A stretch of DNA of 64,000 nt from Candidatus Pacearchaeota archaeon (GCA_017608345.1 JAFCGA010000002.1:79023-143022), one strand, 5' to 3'. Numbered from the stretch's first letter, positions 20,250-29,978 are shown. Numbers and translations: made by a program. The notes: a model not told the origin generated them from the sequence alone.

Positions 20250-20631
20250 TTTCTTCTCCCTCTACCCAAGCAAATTCAGGTAGCTCTGCTTCTGGCCAGC
20301 CACATTGAAAAGCTAATTCTCTATTATCAAAGGCCGTGATATATGAATCATTTGCGCCAAGATGCTCTCTGATTTGGGCGATAAGCATTGAGCAGTTCCC
20401 ATCTGCGTGCCAATTCTTACAATAAGGGGTTCCGCAAGCCATAGGATGAAGCTTCCCATTTTTTAAAACAATACAGTCGATAGTGGTATCTTGCAAGACG
20501 CTCCGCATGGCGTATTTAGATACTCTAAGCTGGAAGCAGTAGTCTGCATCTTCTGGTTTTCCACCAAAATGCCCTTTTCTTTTATCTAGGATTCTACTTA
20601 AATCTTCTGAGGGAACAATTAACGGTCGCAT
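20242..20631 (-). CDS. Hypothetical 129-aa Cys/His-rich protein between top6B and top6A
   Basis: Start taken at MRPLIV, 7 nt after the top6B stop. The stop overlaps the top6A start (ATGACTGA). Motif HPMACGTPYCKNWHADGNC. Confidence 0.55.
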   Translation of the reverse strand: MRPLIVPSEDLSRILDKRKGHFGGKPEDADYCFQLRVSKYAMRSVLQDTTIDCIVLKNGKLHPMACGTPYCKNWHADGNCSMLIAQIREHLGANDSYITAFDNRELAFQCGWPEAELPEFAWVEGEEND

Positions 20632-20638
20632 TAATAGT

Positions 20639-22429
20639 TTATTCTTCATCCTCTTTAAACTCCGCTTTTTCTTCTTTCCTTTCAGCCTCAAGTTCTTTTT
20701 CTTCAGCTATTTCTTCAGCACCTTCTTTTTCTTCTTTATCGATCTTCTTCTCAGCTTTTTCCAATTTCTTTAATTCTTCAGCTTCTTCTTTTTCTGTCTC
20801 AGCTTCTTCAACTTTAGATAATTCAATTTCGCTCATATACATTGACTCAGCGATTTTTAATAATTGTTCGTGTATCTTCTTAGCTTTCTTTTCTAAATCC
20901 TCAGTTGATAGTTTGAAAGATTCGTCAGTAATTAAATTTGCTACAGATCTAGCAACTTCTCCAGAGTAAGCTTTAAATTTCTCCCGTTTCTTTGCTTCAA
21001 TCTCTGCTCTCTGTCTTCGAGCGACATATCTATACAGACTCCGACCGCATTCTTGTAAAGCTAATTTAGTTTCTTTAATAATTTCAGGATAATTTGCAAT
21101 AGCTTCCTTTCCCTCTGATGTGAATGGAACCCAAACTGAGGCCATGTGGACGAGAACTATCGCTGCGCCAGTTGGCATATTCCCACTGCTTTGACTTAAT
21201 CCGTAGGATTTCCAGCTCATCTTTTTGATAGCTTTTGTTATTGCGCAGGCTCCTTCTTGGTATAGCAGAGGAACTTTATTTGCAAACCTAACCATTTTAA
21301 CTGATCCTTCGGGATCCAAATCTCCGCCATATCCAATTGCAATTTCTATTTGAAAGGGATTTCCGCGATAAACAGATGGCGAACGGGTGATAGCATATGA
21401 GAAATCAATGCTGTATTCGGAATCTAGACTTTTCTTAAGCAATTCCGAGCCAATTGGAGATAAGCAGTCCATTGATGGCTTCATTATCTTTGCTTCTTGC
21501 ATGCCCTTAAGTAACCGCTCGATTTGTTCAGGTTTCAGTAATTTAGGTAAGAACTTCCCGTTGATTTGTGCGTCAACATCTAAAGTATTATTCGCGATCT
21601 TAATAATGTCATTCGCGGAAGTTGAACCTATCTTATCGAATTCTTTCATTAAAAATGACTTTACTGACCGCGCTTTTGTACCATCTATCATCCGTTTAAG
21701 AATTCCTAGCTCAACTCCGTATGGATGTGGTTTTATTTGTTTCGACGGTTTAGGAAGTTTATCTGTAACTCTTGGAAATTCTAGCTTTTCTCCACTCGGA
21801 GCAACATAAACTATTTTAGCGTGCGGGTTAACAATCGCCGTGGCTTTGATATATTCGATAACTGATTGACGATGTTCAATATATTTAGCTTGCATATCCA
21901 CCTCGACTTTAATTCCATGCTCTCTGTCCCATTCGATCCCTGTTGATTCAATTATGTCCGGTTCATTCTTCTTGACGTCGATATGCAGAATATATAATCT
22001 GGCTTTATCATCGTCCTTTGTTTTGGAGATTATTTTAGCTGGCTTTCCAGTAGTTAATTGACCGTACAGAATTACTGCAGAAATCCCAATACCTTGCTGT
22101 CCTCTACCTTGTTTTCCGCCAATGGATTGGAATTTAGAACCGTAAAGTAATTTACCAAATGATTTTGTAAGATGCTTTTTACTGATTCCCGGGCCATTGT
22201 CTTCGACGATCATCTTGAATTTATCCTCGCCGAGATCTATGAGTGATATTTTGATTTCAGGGAGAACTTTAGCAGCCTCGCAAGCGTCTAATGAATTATC
22301 AACTGCTTCTTTTACAGAGGTTAGAAGTGCTTTAGTTGGATTATCAAATCCTAAAAGATGGCGATTCCTCTCGAAAAACTCAGCAATAGAGACAGCCTTA
22401 TGTGTTTCCTTGCTTTTAGAATCAGTCAT
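20639..22429 (-). CDS. top6B: DNA topoisomerase VI subunit B (GHKL ATPase) with an E/K-rich C-terminal tail
   Basis: Bergerat fold motifs EAVDNSLDA and DNGPGI..GSKF..GGKQGRGQQGIG. Confidence 0.9.
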   Translation of the reverse strand: MTDSKSKETHKAVSIAEFFERNRHLLGFDNPTKALLTSVKEAVDNSLDACEAAKVLPEIKISLIDLGEDKFKMIVEDNGPGISKKHLTKSFGKLLYGSKFQSIGGKQGRGQQGIGISAVILYGQLTTGKPAKIISKTKDDDKARLYILHIDVKKNEPDIIESTGIEWDREHGIKVEVDMQAKYIEHRQSVIEYIKATAIVNPHAKIVYVAPSGEKLEFPRVTDKLPKPSKQIKPHPYGVELGILKRMIDGTKARSVKSFLMKEFDKIGSTSANDIIKIANNTLDVDAQINGKFLPKLLKPEQIERLLKGMQEAKIMKPSMDCLSPIGSELLKKSLDSEYSIDFSYAITRSPSVYRGNPFQIEIAIGYGGDLDPEGSVKMVRFANKVPLLYQEGACAITKAIKKMSWKSYGLSQSSGNMPTGAAIVLVHMASVWVPFTSEGKEAIANYPEIIKETKLALQECGRSLYRYVARRQRAEIEAKKREKFKAYSGEVARSVANLITDESFKLSTEDLEKKAKKIHEQLLKIAESMYMSEIELSKVEEAETEKEEAEELKKLEKAEKKIDKEEKEGAEEIAEEKELEAERKEEKAEFKEDEE

Positions 22430-22534
22430 AATATTGATAGTTGATTATCTTAAATTAAAAGGTTTTCTATCGCTATTCTAGAAATGAAGGTTTATGATTT
22501 ATAAAATCGAGCAGATAGCAGAAAGTTAATATCT

Positions 22535-23590
22535 TTAGTTAGCAGTTGTTTTAATATTAGCTAGCTTAACATAGAGTTCTTCTTTTAACTCACCATTCTT
22601 CCAATATAAAACTTTCGCAGATCGTTTAGCAAGATTTACCTTTATTCCGAAATCGATTTCTGGATTTTGCTCAAGTCCGTCTGCAATTGCTACTTCAAGC
22701 TGCATAAAATTCATAGATGGTTTTGATCTTGGCCTCAAGCCCAATTCTTCATCTACTTTTCTTTCTAATTCATAAATCTGAGTATCAATTTCACTCGAGG
22801 AATATGGTTTGAAGAAATCATCTTTAACTGCATCGGTTTCAGCAATACTTTTGCTGCCATTCTTCACTAAAGTTCCAATATTATATCTGTCTTCGTCTGC
22901 GATTGCTTGCAGAACTGCGCGGTCTTTTTCTGAGAAGGTAATCTCTTTTGTTTGAGGGGTATTTGTAGCAACGCTCTCAGTAGAAGGTAAAATTAATAAT
23001 TTTGTTTGTTGTTCTAATGTATATTGTTCATTTAATGTTTGGGTCTGCTCAGTAAGATAAATTACTTGTTGTTCGATAGACTCATATTTTATTTGAAGAT
23101 TATTCCTTAATGTGATTTTAGCACTTATCTTCGGACTATCTTTAACTTTAAGTTTCTGTTTACTTAGGTCTATTGCGTTTATGCTCGACGCTAATGTTCT
23201 AAATCTGGTCTCTTGTTTGTTAGCTAATGCAGCTTTTGCTTGTGCTCGAAGATCTTCTTTGCGAGTATCGTGAGCTTTAAGTTTTTTTCTGTATCCATCT
23301 ATTACTTTAGTTAATGAAGCTATCTCTATGTCTGCTCTATTAAGTTGAGTCTTTGCTTTCTGTAAATCAGTTTTAGTAATGGCGATTTTATATTCCAGTG
23401 TTCCTTCCTCTGGAATGCGTCGATTTGTTGATCTGAGCGACAAAGTAGTTCCATTTTCAGATTGTTGCGCGTCTAATCCCGCCAATCTTTCTGCGCGATA
23501 CTTAGCTACATCTGCTTTCGCTACAGCTTTCTTAGCCTTCCATCTAGCTTTCTCCGCCTTCTGCTGTCTATATTTATCACCATTAAACAT
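22535..23590 (-). CDS. Hypothetical coiled-coil protein
   Basis: 351 aa; the N-terminal two thirds are heptad-like and K/Q/E-rich. No recognisable family. Confidence 0.45.
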   Translation of the reverse strand: MFNGDKYRQQKAEKARWKAKKAVAKADVAKYRAERLAGLDAQQSENGTTLSLRSTNRRIPEEGTLEYKIAITKTDLQKAKTQLNRADIEIASLTKVIDGYRKKLKAHDTRKEDLRAQAKAALANKQETRFRTLASSINAIDLSKQKLKVKDSPKISAKITLRNNLQIKYESIEQQVIYLTEQTQTLNEQYTLEQQTKLLILPSTESVATNTPQTKEITFSEKDRAVLQAIADEDRYNIGTLVKNGSKSIAETDAVKDDFFKPYSSSEIDTQIYELERKVDEELGLRPRSKPSMNFMQLEVAIADGLEQNPEIDFGIKVNLAKRSAKVLYWKNGELKEELYVKLANIKTTAN

Positions 23591-23655
23591 TTTTACTAAT
23601 AAGTGAATAATCTTCTCTTAAAAACCTACCGATAGAAGAGATAATTCATACTTCT

Positions 23656-23677
23656 TCGTATTTTTCCCTAAGAAATC
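23656..23677. repeat. 22-nt direct repeat, copy 1 (tcgtatttttccctaagaaatc)
   Basis: Identical to 23751-23772, which encodes the last codons of the KH gene. Confidence 0.9.
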
Positions 23678-23740
23678 TGCGACTCGCTTTTCCTCGCCAC
23701 CTTATAGGGGTTCGCAAAACCGAGGCCAAAAACCTGTGCT

Positions 23741-24259
23741 TCATTCGAGCTCGTATTTTTCCCTAAGAAATCCGAATGCTGAGCCTTGCTTGGCTCCAGA
23801 TAGAATTCTTTCTACTGCTTGCCGAGCCATAAATGCATCTTCTGTCTTTCCAATTATTCCAATTGTCTTTCCCTGTATTGCTATTTTAACACCCGTGTAT
23901 TTCTGAATGACTCCCTTGACCTTACCTTCTGTTCCAATTATTCTTCCGCGCATCGTCTTTTGCCGATCTTTAGATTTACCACTGAACTCTCGCATGTCAA
24001 TTAATTCAAAAGAATAGTCATCTTTGAAAAGCAGGATTGCATCTTGCGGTGAGAAACCTCTACCAACCGCTTCGATAACTGACTCAGCTATCCATACAGT
24101 GGTTGGATCTTTTGAAATAATCTTAATATTTCCCGTATCTGACTCTATCCAGAGCTTTATTTTTCCAGCTTTTTCAATTAGCTTTCTAGATGCGCCTTTC
24201 TCTCCGATTAGAGCAGCTATTCTAGCTTTTGGAATTAGGATTTCTTGCGTATGGATCAT
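23741..24259 (-). CDS. KH-domain RNA-binding protein (archaeal Dim2/Pno1-like, two KH modules)
   Basis: IGEKGASRKLIE and IGTEGKVKGVIQ GXXG loops. Confidence 0.8.
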   Translation of the reverse strand: MIHTQEILIPKARIAALIGEKGASRKLIEKAGKIKLWIESDTGNIKIISKDPTTVWIAESVIEAVGRGFSPQDAILLFKDDYSFELIDMREFSGKSKDRQKTMRGRIIGTEGKVKGVIQKYTGVKIAIQGKTIGIIGKTEDAFMARQAVERILSGAKQGSAFGFLREKYELE

Positions 24260-24289
24260 AATAGAAATAAGTTTAATTGCTTTAAAAGA

Positions 24290-25885
24290 TTAGCTCTCCG
24301 CTATTTCTTCAAGAGTATATTGAAGTAATTCATCTTTTTTTGAGGATATAGCAGAAGGGAGGTAATTACTTGTATTGTCCATCTGAAACTGTAATCCCAG
24401 TTCATCGAGGATGCTCGTAGTTTCCTGTAAATAATCTCTTTTTTCAGCATCAGATAATTCCTCTCCCGCGTCGATTTTTTCCTCTAGTTGTAATATAATA
24501 TGTTTTTCATCTAAGTTATCGAAATGTTCATACACAACCTCTTCGAATTTGCATTCCCAGTATCTCTGTGGATTAGTAGTTATGCTGATCTTATCGAGCA
24601 CAGGTTTGCAGTATTTTTCGTCTACCTCCTTGGAAGGCATTAAGAAGACCTGCGGCCATTCTTTTTCTAAAGCTTCTTTGTTATCTTGAATAATGATCGA
24701 AGTCTGTTTGTAAGGCTTAGTAGTATCGATGCTTATTCCGAGTTCATCTAGAATTGAATTTGAGTCGTGTGATTTTAGCTCACAAATTGGAGCAACAAAA
24801 GTTTCAATTAAGTCCAGTTTATCTTTCTTGTTTAATTCTCGCCTATATGCAACAGCTGTCGCATGTATAATTTCATTTGCATAGTAAGTTATTATTTTAA
24901 GATTATCCTCAATCCACGTCGCAGCGGAACTGGAGTAAAAAGTTAAGTATGTTAAATGATTAGTTTTTGAGATTGCTTCAAGATTACTTACTATTTTCTG
25001 TAAATTATATTTGATTTTCTGCTGCCCTACTCTTAGAATAATTTCATTTTCGTTGGCTGAATTAACAGTATTTTCTAATCTCGCTCCGAGTTTAATTAAA
25101 TCAGAGTAGACCTGAGAAAAATTATCTAATCCACCTTCATTGAAGAATTCCTGCGCAGTAATTAAGTCTTCAAGAGAATAATGATAATCAGATTTGAGAT
25201 TATCTAATAACTGCGAATACTTGCTGTTTGGTAACATTTCAGAAAGAATAATTGGATTTAGCTCCGCGAAAAATTCTATTAAATATGGTGGTACTATACC
25301 TTCTATTCCTCTTGCTTCTAAATCATCATAAATATCTCCAAATCCGAAATATCCCAACATATTTTCTTCGGTCGGACTCGACTGAATTCTAACTCGATGT
25401 AGTAATTCGTGCGCTAAGGAAGTAAATGCAAGCGTCTCGGGATTGAATCGTGTTTTATTCAACCGAACAATATTTTCAGACTTGTTCGCAGTAGTGGTTC
25501 CTCCGGAATCTCGGCTAATTCGTTCTCTAGTCAAGAAGTGTCTCCGATCAGATACCTCTGCGTCATAATCTGCCAGAAGAAGTTCCAGCTCAGCCTGTGC
25601 GTTATCTGTATCAATCTCACCATTTTCATGACGATCACTCATTTTGCTAATTATTTTTTCTCGAGTTCTATCAATTTTGCGTAGCTCTAGTTCCTCGTCT
25701 CTAGTTCGTGGTTCTACGATTCGAATCTCGGGCATAGCGAAGTTGATATTTGCACCTGTGCGCTCATTAATTTTTGTAGTAGTCTGATCAAAGAAATATT
25801 TACCAAACTCTTGAACCCATCCATCGACAGCTTCCGAGCTAGTAAGATTATATTCTTGCATCTGCGCTTGCGTTAATATTGCCAT
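24290..25885 (-). CDS. Hypothetical acidic 531-aa protein with an HExxH motif
   Basis: LAHELLHRV, and two copies of a SILDELG(I/L) segment in the C-terminal part. Confidence 0.45.
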   Translation of the reverse strand: MAILTQAQMQEYNLTSSEAVDGWVQEFGKYFFDQTTTKINERTGANINFAMPEIRIVEPRTRDEELELRKIDRTREKIISKMSDRHENGEIDTDNAQAELELLLADYDAEVSDRRHFLTRERISRDSGGTTTANKSENIVRLNKTRFNPETLAFTSLAHELLHRVRIQSSPTEENMLGYFGFGDIYDDLEARGIEGIVPPYLIEFFAELNPIILSEMLPNSKYSQLLDNLKSDYHYSLEDLITAQEFFNEGGLDNFSQVYSDLIKLGARLENTVNSANENEIILRVGQQKIKYNLQKIVSNLEAISKTNHLTYLTFYSSSAATWIEDNLKIITYYANEIIHATAVAYRRELNKKDKLDLIETFVAPICELKSHDSNSILDELGISIDTTKPYKQTSIIIQDNKEALEKEWPQVFLMPSKEVDEKYCKPVLDKISITTNPQRYWECKFEEVVYEHFDNLDEKHIILQLEEKIDAGEELSDAEKRDYLQETTSILDELGLQFQMDNTSNYLPSAISSKKDELLQYTLEEIAES

Positions 25886-25923
25886 ACTACTTACAGGTGA
25901 ATTTTACTTAAAAACCTACCTAT

Positions 25924-26268
25924 TTAAAATTCCTCTAGCTCAATCAGCTTCTTCAAAAAGCCTTTTCTTTCTAGCCACTGCCGCTGATTTGGCCGATAAT
26001 TTAGAATAATGTTTCCTTTTCGATCGCCTTCTATTTCCCATGGCTCAATTAGAACAATATCTCCTGGTCGAACCCATAGTCCTCTTTTTAGGTGACCTGG
26101 AACTTTGCAGAGTCTTGTTTTTCCATCTGTGCAATGGACTCTTGACTTTCCGTAGCCGAGCCGAATTTCAACTATGCCGAGGCACTGCCTTCCTTTTGGT
26201 AGCGGCACTCTAATTGCTGCTCCAACTTCTTCTTGTGCACGTTTACGGAATTTCTTCTTCTTAAACAT
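25924..26268 (-). CDS. eif1a: Translation initiation factor aIF-1A
   Basis: S1-like OB fold: ..GIVEIRLGYGKSRVHCTDGKTRLCKVPGHLKRGLWVRPGDIVLIEPWE.. Confidence 0.85.
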   Translation of the reverse strand: MFKKKKFRKRAQEEVGAAIRVPLPKGRQCLGIVEIRLGYGKSRVHCTDGKTRLCKVPGHLKRGLWVRPGDIVLIEPWEIEGDRKGNIILNYRPNQRQWLERKGFLKKLIELEEF

Positions 26269-26315
26269 ACTAAGAAAGCTAAATTAAGGTTTAAAAGGTT
26301 TGTTACGCTTAGAGA

Positions 26316-27026
26316 TTAATCTGTATTAGCTGATCTATCTCCGGCGTCTCCACAGCCCGGATCGATATAGCAGTCCTTATTCAATCCAGAACCATTTATT
26401 CCTCCGGTATCTATCGCACAAGTATAGAAGTTTACTTCTGGAAATTGACTAGCCATTTTCTCAATACCATATTTAGCTGCAAATATGCTTAACGAAACTA
26501 TTTTTTTGTATTTACGTTCTTGCTGTAATCTCTCAATAACATGCCTTAAGGTAGAGCCGCTAGCTAGCATTGGATCAAGCACAAATATTACTGACTCTTC
26601 ATTTGATTGAGGTACTTTCCAAGTAGTATATTGTATATTAACATCAATAATCTTATTATTTAGTATAGCATCTTCTATACAATAATTTTCTCCTTCAAGT
26701 CGCTTGGCATCAACAATCCCCCATGAACGAGATATGTTTTCTAATTCATCTACGCGTTCTCGAGCGCCAGATGCCATCGGCATTGCAGCACGCAGAATCT
26801 CGATTAGAACGAGATTCTCAGCTATTTCTTCACCTTTAGCAGATCCGACTGGAGTCTCCAAATCGACGACTCTACTTGAGGTTTCGTGACGGATAATGTC
26901 ATAGAGCATATCCCTTCCGATGTGCTTTAGTGTCCATGTAAAATAATTGGGTTTAGTATGCTTATTTCTTAATATATTTATGTAGCCATTGATAAATGGA
27001 TTATCTAGAACAACTATATTTCTCAT
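26316..27026 (-). CDS. upp: Uracil phosphoribosyltransferase-like protein
   Basis: PRPP-binding loop VIFVLDPMLASGSTL and C-terminal DPGCGDAGDR. Confidence 0.7.
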   Translation of the reverse strand: MRNIVVLDNPFINGYINILRNKHTKPNYFTWTLKHIGRDMLYDIIRHETSSRVVDLETPVGSAKGEEIAENLVLIEILRAAMPMASGARERVDELENISRSWGIVDAKRLEGENYCIEDAILNNKIIDVNIQYTTWKVPQSNEESVIFVLDPMLASGSTLRHVIERLQQERKYKKIVSLSIFAAKYGIEKMASQFPEVNFYTCAIDTGGINGSGLNKDCYIDPGCGDAGDRSANTD

Positions 27027-27074
27027 CCGAAGACTTCACGAATTATTTGCTATATAAGTTCTTGTATTATATAC

Positions 27075-27752
27075 TTATCTTTCCCGTAACAAAATAGTTA
27101 GCTTAGTCAGCGGCTTGCTTCTTATTTTATCCCAACCGTGTTGTTTAGATGAGAGCGTCATCTTGCAGTTAAGTCTTTTCCTGGCTTCCATAGCTACTGA
27201 TTTTGCAATATCTTTTCGGTCTAAATAAAGGTCTATTCCTTGCTTTCGCTCTTCAGCTTTGATTAGTTTAGCTTTTTTTGTGAACATTCGCGAGGCCTTC
27301 TTGACAAATGCTTCGACGTCTTTGTCGGTTCTTATTTGTACAATGGCTAGATAAGAAGTGCTATTTTCCCGTGAACACTCTGGACAGCAGAATTTTTCAA
27401 TTGTCAATTGGGTTATGTATTCTTTCTCGATCTCTGAATTACCTATTCTGAGCAAGAGTTTAAGTTTTCCTTTTGCTCCGAGCTTTTTGATTTCAGCGTC
27501 GGTAATTGTAGTATTTCGAGGGAGCTTTATTCTTTCAATAACTCTCCGCATAAGATAAGTTTCCAGTGGTTCTTCAGCCTTAATCCAAATACCTCCGAGC
27601 CAGACAGAATTGCATATTGTGCAATGTCTAATTGAAGTTTTTTTTGGAATAGTGATTACATGATTAGCTAAAAAGCATTCTGCGCAGAGACCATCAGCTA
27701 GCTTATCTGTTGAAACTCCGCATTTAGCGCAAAATCTTGACTTTAAGGTCAT
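27075..27752 (-). CDS. NMD3-family protein (short archaeal form)
   Basis: N-terminal CAKCG..CAEC and CTICNS Cys clusters typical of NMD3. Confidence 0.6.
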   Translation of the reverse strand: MTLKSRFCAKCGVSTDKLADGLCAECFLANHVITIPKKTSIRHCTICNSVWLGGIWIKAEEPLETYLMRRVIERIKLPRNTTITDAEIKKLGAKGKLKLLLRIGNSEIEKEYITQLTIEKFCCPECSRENSTSYLAIVQIRTDKDVEAFVKKASRMFTKKAKLIKAEERKQGIDLYLDRKDIAKSVAMEARKRLNCKMTLSSKQHGWDKIRSKPLTKLTILLRER

Positions 27753-27787
27753 GTAGAAATAGAAAAAAAGAGAATTAAAAGGGTTTG

Positions 27788-27970
27788 CTATTTGATTACT
27801 TTGAAGTATTTAGCAAACATTACTAGCGCGATTATTAATGTAACAAAGGTAGCTACAAGTGAAACACCTGATCCAACTGCAACGCTATAACCTGTAATCC
27901 CTGAGTAACTGCCGAAACTTATAACTGCAACTACTAGCGCAATGAAACCTGCCAAAAGTTTTGAATCCAT
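27788..27970 (-). CDS. Small membrane protein
   Basis: 60 aa with two hydrophobic helices. Confidence 0.35.
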   Translation of the reverse strand: MDSKLLAGFIALVVAVISFGSYSGITGYSVAVGSGVSLVATFVTLIIALVMFAKYFKVIK

Positions 27971-28096
27971 ATTTTATTACCTCCTTAGGAATTTAATATA
28001 GAAATGACCCAGAAATATAAAAGTATTTTGTTACTTCTCTCAGTGATTATCCTTGGCTTGATAAATTCTTTTAAAGTTTGAGCTAATTATATTTCT

Positions 28097-28483
28097 ATGG
28101 CGGACTGTGAAATCTGTGGCAAGTCTTCGATAGTGCTAAATGAAATAATTATCGATTCTGCTCATTTTAGCGTTTGTAGCGCTTGCAGAAACTTAGGACC
28201 AGTAGTACAAAAAGCTGCGATCGCTTCGCGACCGAAGATTGCGCCCTCGACACCTTATATTATAAGTCCTGAGCCAGAATTTGACATAACAATTGAATAT
28301 CCGAATCTAATTAGAAATTCTAGAGTTAAGCATAATATGTCTCAGAAAGACTTAGCTAAGATGCTAGCTGAGAAAGAATCTGTAATTCACCGTTTGGAGA
28401 CTGGCAAGTTAAATCCTTCCTTGAGTTTAGCTAGGAAGATGGAGCGGTTTTTAGGGATTAAGTTGGTTGAGAAGGAAGAGTAA
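28097..28483 (+). CDS. Archaeal MBF1 (N-terminal zinc ribbon + C-terminal HTH)
   Basis: CEICGK...CSACRN followed by a cro/C1-type HTH, SQKDLAKMLAEKESVIHRLETGK. Confidence 0.8.
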   Translation: MADCEICGKSSIVLNEIIIDSAHFSVCSACRNLGPVVQKAAIASRPKIAPSTPYIISPEPEFDITIEYPNLIRNSRVKHNMSQKDLAKMLAEKESVIHRLETGKLNPSLSLARKMERFLGIKLVEKEE

Positions 28484-28514
28484 GCTCTTTAAACCCCCCA
28501 AGTTCTTTATTTTT

Positions 28515-29735
28515 ATGGAAAAATATATATTTGTCTTTGCCTGGAATCCATTATTATCGCTAGCTGAAGCTGTTTCTTATTTCCGAACTAGAAATATTAA
28601 ATTCAAGCTAGAAGAATACATCTCGAATACAGCGATATTTTCATTTGAGAAATCAATCAATCAATCAGAAGTTATTTCTTGGCTGGGCGGAACTCTGAAG
28701 ATTGGAGAATTAATCCTTACCGCTAAGCAAGCGGATTTGGTCGAAGAGCTGGATAAGATTACAGCGTATAGCGATGCAGATAAATTCAAGTATGGAATAA
28801 GTATGTTTGGAGCTCACGGAGATGTAGCAGTTTTTGAGCTATTGAGACAGTTCTTTAAGAAGCGATTTAAAGAAGAGCGGACTAAGGCTCAGTATAAGGG
28901 TTTTTCAGCGGCTAGGAAGAAATTGCAGCACGCTCTCGCGGAGCAGCAGAAGCTGGATTTAGAATTTCTAGCGGTTCTTGATGGCGAAGACGTGCACTTT
29001 GGAAAGGTTTTGGCAGCTTCGGAGTTAGATGAAAGAAGGAAGCGAGACAAAAAAAGACCAGTACAGCGACCGAGTTTGAGTATATCTCCGCGTTTGTCAG
29101 AGATTTTGATTAATTTATCTGGAGCTCAAAAAGGCCAGCATTTGCTAGATCCCTTCTGCGGCATTGGAACTATTCTCAGCGAGGCTTTAGTAAAACGAAT
29201 AAACATAACTGGAGTTGACATAGATCGCAATGTAGTCTCTGGCGCAAAGGGCAATTTGAAATGGCTAGTTAAGCAATACAATCTTAGTCCTAAGCTGATT
29301 AAGCAGCTAGTTCAAGGAGATACCAAGCAGCTAGGCAAGCTAGTTGCTGAAAATTCAATTGACGCAGTCGCTACAGAGCCAGATCTCGGACCTGTTCTGC
29401 GTAAGCTACCTATGATAAGAGAAGCGCAGAGGACAATTTCATATGTTGAAGATCTCTACCTAAAGACATTAAAAGAGGTTAAGAAAGCGCTACGCTGCGG
29501 AGGAAAGATTGCTATAACTGCTCCGCGGATCAAAGCGCAAGGCGGAAAGCTGTCAATAGATATGAAAAAGATTGCGCGGAGAGCTGGTTTGGTGGTGGTT
29601 CATCCTCTTGAAGGTGTTTTAGAAGCTAAGATGCCTTTTGTTGATGCACGGAGAAGGCACAAGGTTGAGCGGGAGATTTGGATTCTGGAGAAACTCTTAC
29701 AACCCAGAACTAGTTCCGGGAATAAAACTCGCTAG
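28515..29735 (+). CDS. Trm11/Trm-G10-like RNA methyltransferase
   Basis: LLDPFCGIGTILSEA SAM motif. I moved the start to MEKYIF (28515), downstream of the MBF1 stop. Confidence 0.6.
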   Translation: MEKYIFVFAWNPLLSLAEAVSYFRTRNIKFKLEEYISNTAIFSFEKSINQSEVISWLGGTLKIGELILTAKQADLVEELDKITAYSDADKFKYGISMFGAHGDVAVFELLRQFFKKRFKEERTKAQYKGFSAARKKLQHALAEQQKLDLEFLAVLDGEDVHFGKVLAASELDERRKRDKKRPVQRPSLSISPRLSEILINLSGAQKGQHLLDPFCGIGTILSEALVKRINITGVDIDRNVVSGAKGNLKWLVKQYNLSPKLIKQLVQGDTKQLGKLVAENSIDAVATEPDLGPVLRKLPMIREAQRTISYVEDLYLKTLKEVKKALRCGGKIAITAPRIKAQGGKLSIDMKKIARRAGLVVVHPLEGVLEAKMPFVDARRRHKVEREIWILEKLLQPRTSSGNKTR

Positions 29736-29837
29736 CGTAAGTTTTATAAATCCTCCCCCCGTCTCTCAAATTACCCCTTATAGAATTCTGTCGTCATTAG
29801 ATTTGAGAATAAAAACAGCGTACATAATAGCAGCAAC

Positions 29838-29846
29838 CTTTAAAAA
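29838..29846 (+). promoter_or_regulatory. Candidate TATA box (ctttaaaaa) for the ribosomal protein supercluster
   Basis: It lies about 31 nt upstream of the 29877 ATG, which has a GAGGT Shine-Dalgarno at -9. Confidence 0.4.
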
Positions 29847-29876
29847 CTCATACTCAAACCCTAGAAAGAGGTAGTA

Positions 29877-29942
29877 ATGGGACACAACAAAAGACAGCGA
29901 CCAAAAAGAGGAGCAAATAGTTCTGCAGCCTCGAGCTCTTAA
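29877..29942 (+). CDS. 21-codon upstream ORF whose first 13 residues equal the L3 N-terminus (MGHNKRQRPKRGA)
   Basis: My translation is MGHNKRQRPKRGANSSAASSS*. Compared with rpl3 codons 1-13 there are 8 nucleotide differences, all synonymous. Confidence 0.5.
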   Translation: MGHNKRQRPKRGANSSAASSS

Positions 29943-29978
29943 AAAGAGTTCGTGCAGAAATCACTAATTGAGGCAAAA

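Noticed and set aside
20632-20691. K-rich N-terminal 20 residues of track ORF 20242-20691
   Set aside because: This part overlaps the top6B E/K-tail coding region in another frame. The Met at 20631, just after the top6B stop, is the more plausible start.
28467-28514. N-terminal 16 codons of track ORF 28467-29735
   Set aside because: They overlap the MBF1 3' end. The Met at 28515 (MEKYIFVF) gives a non-overlapping start.
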